Assembly: GCF_037042905.1 (NCBI RefSeq)
Contig: NC_087251.1
Span: 23,996,001 to 24,060,000 of the forward strand
From: Lytechinus pictus
Taxonomy: Eukaryota
Reading direction: 5' to 3'
Length of the DNA stretch: 64,000 nt
The notes beneath the pieces are model-generated. The model saw only the letters and a program-made list of their open reading frames with translations, made no database searches and was not told the origin of the DNA. Position numbers and translations under genes: made by a program. This document shows positions 39,738 to 53,349 of this stretch, one piece after another. Each line of letters opens with the position of its first letter. The first letter of the stretch is position 1.

Positions 39738-39925
39738 CATCATCATCCTCAGCAACATCATTATCATCAACAAACATCATGATCGACATCATTATCATGA
39801 TGAGCAAACTGCATCATCATCATCATTATCATCATCATCATCCTCATCATCATCCTCATCATCATCAACATCATTCAGCATTATCATCATCAACATCACC
39901 ATTAACTTCATCATCATCATCATTG
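39738..39925. repeat. Imperfect (CAT)n microsatellite
   Basis: Read directly from the sequence; explains the spurious poly-Ser/Ile and poly-Asp/Met ORFs. Confidence 0.9.
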
Positions 39926-42900
39926 ATATGAATATCATAAACATTTTCACTATTATGCCTTTCATTTTGTATGGATTTGCTAATTTGAACAAAAAATATC
40001 TGAAAGAAGGGATTTACTCTTGGTTGAAACATTGATGATATAAAAACGATTCTGAAAATAAACTCCTCAACATTTTTTGGAAATCTGATTTTGATCGATA
40101 ATCCCTTCTCAATTTTAGTGAATAATAATGTGAGACTGATACCAATGAATAGATCATTTAATTCTCTTTAAAATGATACCCTACATGATATGATTATGGT
40201 TCACATGGAGGTGCAGTGCCTTGGAATGTGGGGCAAGGTAAAAATTCAAAAGTTGCAAAATGACACAATATTGAAAGTCACTATTCCTTTTTCCGCGGTG
40301 ATGAGTGAGTTTCTCAGCAGTTTCTTTTGTTTTCATGCACCTTAACATCAACATTAACATGGAATCAACACACCTGCACAAGCGATTACATAACAAAAAA
40401 CAAACATGTATGGGTATTTCAAACCATGACTCAAACCAAGTTTTCTCACAGAACCATCACTACATAAACCACAACAAAACATGAAAAATGAAGAAGCAGG
40501 GTCTTGATTTGAATGGATTTTCATCTCTATTGACACAGGCAAAAGAATCATGTTCTTTATTGACCCTTCATGACTATTTCTGCTCGTTTTGCAGCTTTTC
40601 AATTCAGACCTTATCCAACGCTTTTGAATCCTGCTCTTTTCGTGATGGTATGATCATAACGAGCCATGGTATCATTTTAAAGAGAATTAAATGATCTTTT
40701 GAATGATATCAAGTATGCATTGTGTAAAATTGGGAGTTGGGAGAAATTAATGGCCAAACTCAGATTTACAAACTGTTTTTGAGGGGTTTGTATTCTATCT
40801 TCTGTGAGCTTTTTACATTTTGACAATAGTTTGTTCACCTGTGAACACCGAATGTGCTACAGAAAATATTACCATTCAGTTCGGATCAAATCAATGAAAC
40901 CCTAAAATGGCTATTGTTAAATTCACAATAGAATTCACCTCAATGAAAAGTTGGTTGAACTAGCGTGATATATATTTCTCTGTGTACTGACAATACCATA
41001 GTCAACTTGCATCTGTTTGTAATGTGTTTTGTCTATTGAGCATAATCGGATAGATAACACTCCACTGGATGGTTTCAGACATGTTGAGCCCACCATAGTT
41101 CATGGGGTAGTTGTATACTTCTACTACTAATTTGTGGTATGTAGAATTGTATGTATTTTGTGAAATTGACATTGTTGCATCTTCTCGCTTAAAAAAAAAA
41201 AAATTCAGGGTAGATTATGTAGCATTGTCATGTATTTGTATTATTGCACACTATTATATGGTGGTTTCCAATACCTGATTCCATGGCTTTTGTAGCAGCT
41301 ACAAAAATGTTTGGTTTAGAAGGAAATTCTGCAGATTCGATTCAACTAAGCATTTGCTTTAACCTCAACCCCATCTCAACCCCATTGCTAATCCTGATAT
41401 CATAACTGAATGAAATCTCTATTGCAGTATTAAACCTAACCTTTGTCTAGTGAGATGGGAGCCATTGAAAAAAAAGTAAATATTAAGTTACCCAGCTTAA
41501 GCTATGTTCTCAAAGTTTCGTATGAACATACTAATATCACAGTTCTTGCGAATTCTGAAGCTTGAAGAGATTCATAGATAGGGAATGGATCTTATGGCCT
41601 ACTGTAGAGCGACTTATTATCTTCTTAAGAAATGGAATGATTTTCGGTTATACAATGACCTTAGAATTTGTATGTCATGGTCTATGTTTCCATGATGCAA
41701 AAGAATATGAAATTTTGGGGCATTTTTGCACCATTTGCGATATGTGGCGATGTATACCATAATGTGTTTGAGGGAGTCGTACCAGAGTGATTGAGAGAAA
41801 GAGAGAAAGGGGAGGGGAGGATGAGCTCAATGGTGTAATTTTGTTTTTGTTTTTGTTTAATGAAGTGTATTCAAGACTGATCTTTGTGAATTGCCTAGTA
41901 CCTATTCATGCTTGCATATATTGATTTTCCCACTGTAGTGATGCCTATATGATTATGAGTAATAACAATTTGTCCATAAATAATATTCCAACTACACTAA
42001 TGTATGTTTGTACAATCAAGGAGGTATCACTTTATCGTAATGGATTGGGGATCTATTTTATGAATACTTGTAATAACAAGAGCACATTTTTTTTGCTGAG
42101 TTTACTATTAGACAATCAAATTCCATGATTTAAGTGGCTTTTAATTTTTGTCACAAATTGTTTCTTTTAATAGCAAGTTTTATGAAACAGGACCTAGGCT
42201 AATGTGATTCAGTGTAAGAAACAAGTTTAGATGTTTAGATCACCATTATCAACATATATCTGTATGAACTCACCATTTGTAGATTTTTATCCTGTTTTTT
42301 AAGACTCAATTGATACCATTATCGGTTTGTCGTGTATGGTAATGTTCACATGAGGAGGAGACTTGCAAAAAAAATCATTTATCCGTGTTTCATTCTTTTC
42401 AAAAGTTATTTTGATGTGAAAGTGATCATTATCAGATGATTACAACATTTTTGCCTTAAACAATCTCATGTAAATGAAATGTCATTTAAATAAAATCTCA
42501 TGTAGGCATATAACAACGACTGTTTTAGGTTTGGTGTTTCCATCATGTATGGCGTTTCTAATTGTACAGGAAAGCGGTGTCCCCCATATGTAATGTAATG
42601 TGGCAAACATTGACCTTGTGCCATGAATGACGTAACGAGAATGATGTTTGTTTGTCCCATCGATAAACTGAGGATAATGGAAATATGGGATCATTAACAG
42701 ATCCACAGTCGCTGTAAGTGGTGAAGAGCTAGAGTACAAATAGCCATCTTGTTTTCTCTTTTGTTATTGAGTAATGAAGCAAATAAAGTAGAAGCTACAT
42801 TGATTGAAGATTCAATGTATATTGATTAGGATGTCTGTCATCTATTGAATGTAGTCATCACTGTAGCTTACTTTAGAAGCTTTACTTAATGAAGACAAAA

Positions 42901-43142
42901 TGAGTTTTCTTTGTTTGCCTTTAGCTATGCCTCAATGGGTATCATCTGTGGTATTTGCATATTCAGGCTGATACCTCGAGATGGCTATGTTAGCGAAGGG
43001 ATATATTAATTGCAAAATTAAGAGAAAAAAAGAAGGTAGATAAGTTTGAGATGAAGGTTTATATTTTGCCTTTGTACATTGTGGAAGGTAAATTCTTGAT
43101 GATTCTAATGTGAAATATTTTTTATTTCTTTTATTTTTGCAG

Positions 43143-43327
43143 GTAGAGAAGTAAAGACTGACTTGCAGAGAAAGACTGCAGAGAAGGAAGCTTTTCTTTG
43201 GAATGACTTTAAAAATGTCTAGATGACAGAATTTGATCTTTAGAGAATCTGGTAGAATCCTTTTATTAGGACAAAGTTGTTCAATTTTTTTCATTGGAAG
43301 ATTGTGTGTGAGAGGACAGGACTCACC
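43143..43327 (+). other. nrxn: 5' UTR portion of the neurexin first coding exon
   Basis: Strong acceptor ttttttatttcttttatttttgcAG at 43141-43142 implies upstream non-coding exon(s). Contains two short uORFs (43203-43226 and 43223-43243). Confidence 0.6.
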
Positions 43328-44066
43328 ATGAAGCCATCAATAGCAATTTGGAAATCAAAACTGTTACTTTTAATAATCTTTGCTGTGTCATGGCACACTG
43401 CAATGTCACTCCGTTTTCTGGGCACTGAGAACACATACGCACGATATGAGGAGTGGAACAGGACAGTCAACGGAACTCTCAAATTTGAATTCAAGACAGA
43501 AAGGAGAGATGCATTACTACTGTACACGGACGATGGTGGCACTGGGTCAAAGTTCTTCTTGGAGCTTGTACTGGATAATGCACAGTTGCAATTACGCTTC
43601 CGAATCAGGAACAAAGCAAGGACAATAATCATTGGCGAAAACCTGGATCAAAACACATGGCATAAAGTCACACTAATGAAAAGCCCAGAAGAGTGTGTTA
43701 TTATCTTGGATGGTGTAAGAAAAGCAGGAGCTATTCCTGATGGTCAGACATCGCTGACCGGGAGCTCGGATTTGTTTATTGGTGGTGTCCCTCGTACTTT
43801 GCCTGTTACGGATATCTCTGAACCGGAGGTAAAATTTCTGAATCGCTTTGAAGGCCACGTTCGGAACTTAGTTTACCTGGTGAGCGAGAGACCCAAAAGG
43901 TGGTATCGTCCTGAATCGATGGCAGCGATCGGCCTTGAGGAAGATCCTTCAGATCTTTGTGGCAGTGATGACTTCTGCAGGAACCAAGGTTTATGTGTCA
44001 GTTCTGATGCAGATGCAGAGTGTGATTGCTCAGGGACAGGCTACACTGGTCTTACTTGTGAAACAC
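43328..44066 (+). CDS. nrxn: Alpha-neurexin first coding exon: signal peptide, LNS1 (laminin G) and EGF1
   Basis: caccATG start; hydrophobic signal LLLLIIFAVSWHTAMS; FEFKT...ALLLYTDDGG...FLELVL, WHKV, LFIGGVP and FEGHVRNL; EGF C..CRNQGLC..CDCSGTGYTGLTCE; donor CAC|GTAAGT (phase 1). The single-exon SP-LNS1-EGF1 layout matches neurexins. Confidence 0.9.
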
Positions 44067-46712
44067 GTAAGTATATAATACACAATACAGGCAAGTATAT
44101 AGTTTCTCTATATACTCTTGTCATTTTATTTTAGAATTTTTCTAGTGATTTCTGATTCCTTTTGGAGAGTGAAAATTTATTTTTCAAACAATGTAGAACA
44201 AATGGATATTCATTCCTAAACAAATGAACCCCCACTATTCTCAGTGAATCAGACTTTACATCTAATGTCACACAGATTATCTAACCTTATTCAAAATGTT
44301 CTTCTTTCAAATCATCAATATATATTTTCTTTCAATAGTCTGATGAGCTGTTTAAAAATAAAAGATGAACAATCTAGTTATAGTTGCATGTAAATTTTCT
44401 GGGATGATGTTTTAGTAACTTTGGTAACCATTAATGCAAAGTTACATGTATAAAAAGAGACAAAGCATGAGAATTTGAGATCATGAAAATTAACCATTGA
44501 CTATTCATTGATCAAGTCACAAAGATAATACCAATAATTTTGACTTTTATCCTAAATTTATTTTATTTTTCAAATTAAAAAATCAAGATAAGCATAGCTT
44601 TACCTTTTAACTCGTGTTATGAGGATTTTTGCAGGGTATGATTCCCCTACACCATTCGTGGTTGGAGTTAAAATTTCATATGCAGCATACATTAGGTAGG
44701 TTATAAAGCAGCGTGAAACAGGTCTGAAAGGATATCATCAGAAATAAGGTTTTTGTGTTTATATTCAGGTGTGGGTTTCTTCCGCTAAACAGGAGCTTTG
44801 CACCTGCCAATGCAAGGTTGTATAATATCATCATTCCTCGGGATGGTTGTATGAAGAGAGAGGGGGAGAGGAAGACAGAGAGAGGGGGAGGGAGAGCATG
44901 CAGATGGATGAGTGGGTGGTAGAAAGTGTGTGAAGACAAAAAAAAGCGAAATATACAGTGTGTCCCAGAAAAAAAAAAAACCGAAAATTTATCAGTGTTT
45001 TTTCTTTTCATAACTCACCAAAAAATGATAACTCACATAAATGTAAAGTGTTGGCTCCCCTTTTTCTCATTAGTTCTGTTATGATGTATACATGATGAAT
45101 GAGTGAGTTAAAACATATCGTTAACAAAACAAATTTTTAGTCTATAGACTAAAAATTTGTTTTTTTTACGATATTTGAATTTTTAAAGAGATAATCACTT
45201 GTGTAAAGAGTTCAATATATGCTTCTCAATTGGAAAAAATGAAATAAAAGCTCATTTTAATTTTAATGAAACAATGCTTGCATTTCAATATCATGATAAC
45301 AAGATGTTTTCACTGGCTGTTGTATACTGTATTTTATTGATTATCAAATATGCAAAAAGTCTTGACAGAAGGTAACCAATGAAAACAATTCATGTCATGA
45401 CATTATTGATATACACACATTATGTTAAAGAAACAGGACTTAGTTATTCCTAATTCATGTATTTTCACTATGATTTAGTTATCATATTAATAAACATATA
45501 TAATTGAACTTTCTAGGAATGTGAATTCTCTATCAATTTACCCAGAGACCGTCAACTAAATAACCTTTTAGTCTCCTTTCTTCATGTTGTTTTTACGCAC
45601 TCATGTGTGGAGTAGGCATCATATAAGTTGCAAAGCAAGTACACAAAATAATATGCAGAAAGAAGAAGAGCATGTAAAATTTGAAGATGGATCTTTGTAA
45701 GGAATATAGTAATTTTACATGGATCAGATATAAGAAAGGAGAGAAGTATAAGAAAGGGCACATTAACATCACCAAAGCAATAGGAAGTATAAAGAAAGAT
45801 ATGAATATGAATCAACAAAAAGGGAAAGAGAGAGATGGGGGATTTAGCACAAGAAAAGCAGAAAACTGCAAACATTGTTGATGGAAGAAAAACAGAGATA
45901 GGGGGACAGACAGAGATAGATGGACAACCATAGTTTTCTCCTTAAAGAAAATCTAAAACAAATGATGGATACAAAGCCAGAGTTCCTGCTTCCGATCAGT
46001 AGGCTGCTCATGCAGATATTCAGATCAATAACTTTCCAGCCTGTGAGCCAAGGAGTAGTGACGTACTTGTGTATGAACTATTGAAACATTGCTCCCTTCT
46101 TTTCATTTTCCTTTCTTCATATCTATCTCTCTTCCCCATCTTCTCTCCCTCTTCTTTTCTCCCTTCTCCCTTATATACTCCTCCCTTTCTCTCTTTCTTT
46201 CTCCTACTCCTCATCTCTCTGATGACTTTCTTGCTCTTTTTCTGTAACACTTTGTTTCACATATGGAATCTGATGATAGGCAATGTGGAATCTAAACCTA
46301 GTTTTAAGCATTGAATTATCATTCTGTCTTTCCTCGTCTTCTCTCCTTTGCCATTTAACAGCGTCGGAACTTGGTTAGCATTGCTATCTATTTCCTAATC
46401 ATCCTTGATCAAAGTAATATTCTCTAAAAAATTGATAAAATGTGATTGTTTTTTAATATTCCTTGCCTACAAGGTTCTATATGTAATGTATTTTTAATAT
46501 TTTCCATCTTCTCTCTTTCTCTCTACCTTTTCATCATTTTCAACTTAAATTATATGTGAGAAATGCTTTTTAAGAAAATCATCTATCCTCTGAAATAAAT
46601 CAATAACATTAGAATGCTTGTACATATTATCGTAATCATTGCACAGTCTCTTTATACCTCAAGAAAAGTAATAATAACTTACATTTTTGTTATTGTATTT
46701 GTTTCAATGAAG

Positions 46713-46742
46713 CACTCATACCCCAAACACAATCTGAAGAAG
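46713..46742 (+). CDS. nrxn: Candidate neurexin SS1 microexon A (30 nt, phase 1-1; (P)LIPQTQSEE)
   Basis: T-rich tract...tgaAG| exon AAG|GTAAGC. Length is a multiple of 3 and it is open in the required phase. TGCATG lies at 46764. Confidence 0.68.
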
Positions 46743-48972
46743 GTAAGCTGTGTATAATATGTCTGCATGGAATGCATTGAGTTTTGTGATATGAGTATTG
46801 TTATTGCTTCTAGCTTTTTCAATCCCTAGATATCATTTTTATAGGAAAGAGCAAAAGAAAAGGGATTAATTTGAAATATTTACATAACCATTTTTTTTTA
46901 TTAGTCAATTTTAACAACTAATGAGATGTTAAATATTTAAATGAATGGTAATTTCCCTTGGATCTCAAGTGAGAAATGCAGCAAATTTTCACTGAGGTAC
47001 CATGCCCAGATTGTTGAATACTTTCAATACACAATGTGAAGGATCACTTATTCCTTTTGACTCTCATGATGTTGATATTCACTGCCAAGAAATCAGCTGC
47101 CCCCAATTCATTGTCAAGCTTTTGATTCTGAGATACTTTATGAGAATTTCACAAATAATTAACATAGTCATTGTGATGGACTTGTAGTTGATAACTTAAT
47201 TGGATGTTGCATGTCTGTGTCAGTGATAAGAATTATATATATACTGGTATATATATTTTTTTTGGGGGGGTTGGGGCTGTTTTTAATTTCTTGCCATTTT
47301 AGAATACTTGTACAGAATCCGATAGCATAAATCTCTTTTAAACTTATGAAGTCCATTTGTAACATTTTGAGGGGCAAATCCCTCTTTGCCCATATATTTT
47401 TCCTATGAACATTGTATTAGTTATTGTATTTGTTTGTACTGTGCTACAGTTTTGTTGTTGTATGGTAATATTGAATAAACATATATGATAAATAATATCT
47501 GATGAAATATTGAAACTGTTGTTATTTTCAACCCGTTTTATAATTCAACTTTAATCAAATAAGTTGGATCAAATAATTTTTAAAAAATGTTGAATAAGTT
47601 ATGTTTTTATTATAATGAGCTCTAGAGTTTGAGCAGTTTATATGTTATTCGAATGTTTGTTTTGTTTTTGTGCATTTTTTTCATTGCATATAAAAGCTTT
47701 AAAAAATAGTAGACTTTAAATAAGTTTCGGCAGAATAACAATGTTACATTCTTTTTATTTCGAAGTAAATCATTCATGAACTTTAATTGTGATATTTGTT
47801 TTGTGTGTGTGGCATTTTTTTTTTACTCAAAACTATTTTACATCATTTGCTTTGTTTTGAATTAGTCACATTGTTAAATAAAACCCCAAAACATTCTTTT
47901 CTTCATATTTTGATCAATTAACACGATAACTAACTCATAGGTCTATACAGACACATTTTAAAAAGAACCTAGCATTATTTTTTTCCTTGATGCAACAAGA
48001 TGGCCTTCCTTTCCAAAACACAACAAGATGGCCTATCTAGGCAACATTTACTATTGATTGAAGTACATTATACTTCTCTCTATTTCCATTAACCGTCCTC
48101 AGTCTAGGTTCTTTAAGAAAAATTATTTTGCTTCTCGGCATATTCAGTTACAAAGAATACAATTTAATTAGATATTTAAAGATTTTCCCCTGGGGTATCA
48201 TGGTTTTAATGTATTACTCTTTCATGGAAACGTAAGTATTTAAGGAACCAAGTTTGTGGATACAACCTTCCTTCGTAGGAAAAAACAAGATTTTTGAGTA
48301 TGTATTTATATGCATCTTATCACCAAATTCGATATATTTTTTTCATTGTTATAGATTTATAATTTATATTGCATAATTTTGTCATGTTAGTGCAAGAATG
48401 CCCTTAGCAAAACCTACAGTTGTGCAGAAATGCCCTTATGCAATTCACTTATTCGTGCTGGTAAGGGTGTTTTTGCATGCATGCAGTGTGCAAATGTGTG
48501 GTGTTACGGGTTCTCTTGCACCAACACAACAAAATTATTCTTGTAGTAGATAATTGTATGATGTGTGTTATCTTTCTTAGATGCATGTAAGTTTTCTTGT
48601 GTAGGTCTTGTCCAACTTAGTTTAATGAGCATTTTCTTTTTTTAGTTTTAGTATTGTGATCAATTTTCATACCCATTCTGTAAAAATTTTGATACTTCTT
48701 TGTTCAAATTAGTTTTGTTCTTACTTGTATATATTTCAAAATATGAGAAACCTTTGAAAATTGATTTAGAATTGATATGGATAGTTGTTTGAATATATAT
48801 TTGAATGAGCATTTTGTTAACATAAGAAACAAATGTCCTTGTTTGATATTTTTTTTAATTCAGAAAATGAAAATATATATGTTTACCCTATGTCACTAAG
48901 AAAGCATTGTCATCAGTTGAAAATGAAAATGATGAAAATCTCTTTGACTTTTCCCATTCTATGGATATACAG

Positions 48973-48990
48973 CGCCTGATGAGAAAGAAG
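48973..48990 (+). CDS. nrxn: Candidate neurexin SS1 microexon B (18 nt, phase 1-1; (A/P)PDEKE)
   Basis: ctctttgacttttcccattctatggatatacAG| exon AAG|GTAAGT (consensus donor). Length is a multiple of 3 and it is open in the required phase. Confidence 0.75.
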
Positions 48991-49028
48991 GTAAGTGTTA
49001 AGTGTCTGGTGAATCCAAATATGAGTTA

Positions 49029-49189
49029 TACCTTGGTCACATTTGCTCTACGGCGGCCGTACGGCGAGTCGAAAACAGCCGTTTTATTAATTTCAATTCA
49101 AACCACCTATATTTAGTTGGTACAAATATGTTAAAACGGCTGTTTTCGACTCGCCGTACGGCCGCCGTAGAGCAAATGTGACCAAGGTA
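49029..49189. mobile_element. 161-bp palindromic Harbinger-like MITE (58-bp perfect inverted arms)
   Basis: 49029-49086 is the exact reverse complement of 49132-49189. TTA TSD at 49026-28 and 49190-92. Confidence 0.9.
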
Positions 49190-52100
49190 TTAGTCTCTTG
49201 TTGTTAAACTAGATGTTGAATGATTTTTAATCAAAGCTCCTTAGACATGTTATGTGCTTTTTATTTGTTTTTGTTTTAATTTCCATTGTTTTATGAAGGG
49301 GCAGTAAAGAGAAGGCGTCACAATGGGAATGTCACACAGTGTTTGGTTTATAAAGGATCAAAAGATGTCTTAGAAAGCTGCTATACAGGTGATACTCTTG
49401 AATGCAGCTAGCCGCATTGTGTTGCCGAGAAAGAGTTTATGTGCTTTTGCAAAAGGTTCACAACTTGCATTATCACAATGTAGCAACGGAAGCTTGTTCG
49501 TATAGATGCACTTTTGCAAGAGTTCATATTCACAAGTAAAGCAAGCTCATGACACCTTTTCACTTTACGTAATTAAAAAAAATTAATGAAAGAAAATAGA
49601 AGAGAAAACAGAAGTTCTATTTCACATAACTATTAATCCACCTATTGCACTTGAATTGGTTCTTATTTGTATTGTATCAAAATATGGATTGCTATTTTAA
49701 AGATAATGTACGGTTCCCTTTTCTTTAAAAATTTGTAAACTAACTCTAAACTGATTAATTAATGACTGCAATCATTATATTACAAGCATAACAAGCATAC
49801 TGTTAAATTATAAATAAATAAAATTATTAAGTGGGTGGGGGTTGCGAGAACTCGATCTTTGTCAATTAAAGAAATGATTAAATTTGCTTATTTACACTTT
49901 GACAGTTAATACCAGTTTTTCAATTTTGTTTGCAAAGTAAAAAAAAAAATCATATAAATGATATATTTGTCACTTTAAATGAGTATCCTGATGAGGAATG
50001 AGAGCAAATCACATGTGTGTATATATCATAGTTTGTTGTGACATCTTCTCTTTTATAACTTCTAGTATATAGAAGTCTGCATTGTGCTGAATGTTGCATG
50101 CACATTTTGACATAAAACTTGCTGAACGTCAGAATCTTATTAGAATAAGTTTGAGTGTTAACATTTTACTTCATAATATCTAGGAGGGTGTCAGGCATAC
50201 ATATTTGAAGACTCTTCCCAACAAAACTCAATCTAGAGTCTCTGTAAAAATAGTTTATGTGCTAAAAGCAGGTCACGTTTGATGGGCTATAGCTATATCT
50301 GTCAAATTATATTATCATTGTAAATATTTTAAAACTTTTTCTGTACCTCTGAAATAATAATAAAATGTTAAATTTTTTTAATTGTGATTAGGAAGTATTC
50401 AGAAATAACAAAATCAAGTTGTGAAATGATTACATGCATTTCTGTAGTTTTGTACTAGACTAGATGCTATCTGTTTATAATTGGTGTTGTTTTGTTCAGT
50501 ATTACTATTGCCTTAGTTTTCTTTCAAGCAATTAAAATGAAAGGGGTGATTTTGTTGTTCTTTTTATTGCATTTATCGTGGCATTATTGTGAAGTGTATT
50601 AAATAGAATACTATACACATTTTATTGGGAATTAAAATCTGCATATTGCATTTATTTTATGGGATTTCCTCATGCAAATAATTGGAGATCTTGTGAACCA
50701 TGATCTAGGTTGAGCTGCTCACCTTGGTAATGCCTTAGACATGATGGCAATGCCCTGATGAGTTTAGTACCTGAGTGATTTACCGCGACAAGGTTCGTTA
50801 AGCAGAAAACAGCAGTAATCCAGAAGATCCGGAGTAGAAAACTACCCTAATTTGCTTGTAAATTAACATTTTTATGTTGACGACATACTTTGCTTCATAA
50901 CATCCATTTTCATTTTGAACTGTTCCTTTGTTGGAATTATCCATCCCGGGAGTATGTATTTATGGCTGCTCCTGAATGCCACTAGTTGCAGTATCAAAGC
51001 AAATTCTTGTGGGGAATTATGGTAGAATGCATGGAGGAAATGAGATCTAGCTTGTTGTGCATTTATGCCCTGTGTTTATGCATGCTTGTGTGTGATGGAG
51101 AAAAATTATTAGGATGATATAGTTAGATAGGAGAGATGATGATGAATGTTGCCGATGCTTTTCATGTAATGAAGTAAAAGCCATGTATCTAAATTGACAA
51201 TATTACATTGAAAAGAATGATGAGAATGAACAAAAGCATGTGAGAGTGAACATGATTGAACAACATACCATGCTTATCTTGCTTTCTTTGGAAAAATACT
51301 ACAAAAAAAAGAGTTTAGGTTCACTCTTATGTTCAGGTTCATATGTGCGTGCTGCAATTCCAAGAAATTTAGAAGAAAATTAACCATTGCTTCATATACA
51401 CATATTTTGTTAATGTTTTTTTAATCATAGACTTGCCTGGAATTTGTAACCACAGGGGATTGTGAAGCAGTGGGTGATCAGTGCCTTTGTGAGGTATTGA
51501 CACTAGCCAGCCATTGAGGCGAATCTTAATCAGTCAAGCTTGATTTTATTCAAGGGTGGTGCTCTTCTGTTAAATTATTTTAGCTGGCTTGTGTTTGTCT
51601 TAGAAATATAGACCTACAGGTGAGCTTTAGTGCAGTTCTTGACACGAAGAAGAATCGAGATGTCTTTAGCAAAAGGTCAACCGTCAGGTTAGCACTTGCA
51701 GGAGTTCACTTTACAATCAAATTTGCTTTCATCGATGCTCGCCAAGACCCATTGATACTTAACCTGTCTTCTTAAATTGGATTTCTTTTATGAGATGACT
51801 ATCACATGTGTGTTTAGTGCATGGCTAAGTTACAGTACTAGTAATCCAAAGTTCAGACATGGTGGTTTTTAATTAAACCCTCATATATTTCTGTGAGAGA
51901 AGAGAAGAATGCTGTCTAGATTATTCCTGCCATTGTGTGTGTGTGAGAATTTCAGTGTACTTAAGGATTTTATTGCCAAGATTGATTTTACAATTGCTCT
52001 TCAATATATTGCTTGTCATAAGCAAGTGCTATCTAGAGAAGATGTGGAATAAGTGATTGGATGAAGGAATTTTGTACATTTTGGAGACCACAAAAAGAAA

Positions 52101-53349
52101 ATGTTAATTATTTCACATAACTGAGAAAATTGAAGATGCATAGAAGCAATGATAAGACTTTGATTGAATGATGACATAAAATGAAATAGAATAAGAAAAA
52201 ATGACCATGACATAACATAGCTGAGAACCATGTTATAAAGACCAAATTAATGCATTTTACTGAGTCAAGCAAATTAAAATTTCATGCTCATTAGAGAGCA
52301 ATTATGGTCTCACATTCTGACCTTTTTCAACTGTAGAATTCAACTCTAAAAGTGTTTAAACATGGGATTGAATCTTCCATTTTCATGAAGTGTCAAGTGG
52401 CAAAAATGGATGAAAAATTTAAAAAAATTAATTAAGTAGTATATATATATATTTGAACTATAGATTCATTAGTAGTGCATATAATCTCACAAAATTTTAA
52501 GTCTTTTAACAGTCTTTTTTAACAGTCTCACTTGGGGCTTGGACATTGTTTTCTGATAGTATAAAAAAGTAAAGTGAATCATTCAATTATCATAGCCATA
52601 CAAAGGCTGAATTTGAATAGCTTTATCAGAAAAATGTGTTTCTGTACACTGAAACCATCTTTTCAGTGTAGTTATCTTATTTTTGAAAAATCCATTTACA
52701 AGCAACAAGGTGCAAAATAAAAGCAATAAAAACTATTTTTAATAAACAAAGCTACAAAGACTGCAATTTAATTTGCCACTATTTAGTGAATTCCAAATAG
52801 ATGAAGGTAAATACATTACCAAGAGAAAGGAATTCAGATAATCATTCACTTTAATCATAATATTCCTAAAGAGATATGATCAAATTTACAATTTACTGTA
52901 ACTCTTGGTTACACATATATACTTACAATCAATATCTCTAATATTTTTATTTTGTTTGTCATTGGTTCATCATGACATCATGATGGCTGGGTTGACAAAA
53001 TATTTTTCAACCAAGCAATTGCATCTTAATTAACCTACAAAATGTTTTGTGGAGTAAAATAGCAAGTGTGTAAATGGGCATTTTGTCTTTGTTTTAAGAT
53101 GTAGCTACACAAATAGATATTTTTTTATAAATATAAATTATACAGTTCATCAGCAGTTACCTTTCCCGTAATGGGATGTATTTGCTATGAAATGCTTTCA
53201 AATAACACCCTTTTCCCCAACTTTGTTGTATGAAGAATTTCTATCATTAATTTCAGATGACAGTCAAGTGTGCTCTATGGAAAGAGCAAAGCTCTTGTAT
53301 CAATGACAAGCTTCATAAAGACATGAATACTGATAGCCAACTGTTCATA

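Noticed and set aside
43277..44134. ORF-track boundaries as a complete 285-aa protein (likewise 61564-61971)
   Set aside because: The ATG in good context preceding the signal peptide is at 43328. Homology stops at consensus splice sites (44066, 61598, 61902), so the extensions are intronic or UTR read-through.
44954..44980. TACAGTGTGTCCCAGAAAA mariner-like terminus
   Set aside because: No matching opposite end found.
48148..48237. Extra microexon ending at the GTAAGT at 48232
   Set aside because: Available acceptors give 50 nt (frameshift), or 60 and 84 nt with an in-frame TAA.
51584..51625. Extra microexon ending CAG|GTGAGC
   Set aside because: The best acceptor gives 16 nt (frameshift); the 36-nt version contains TAG.
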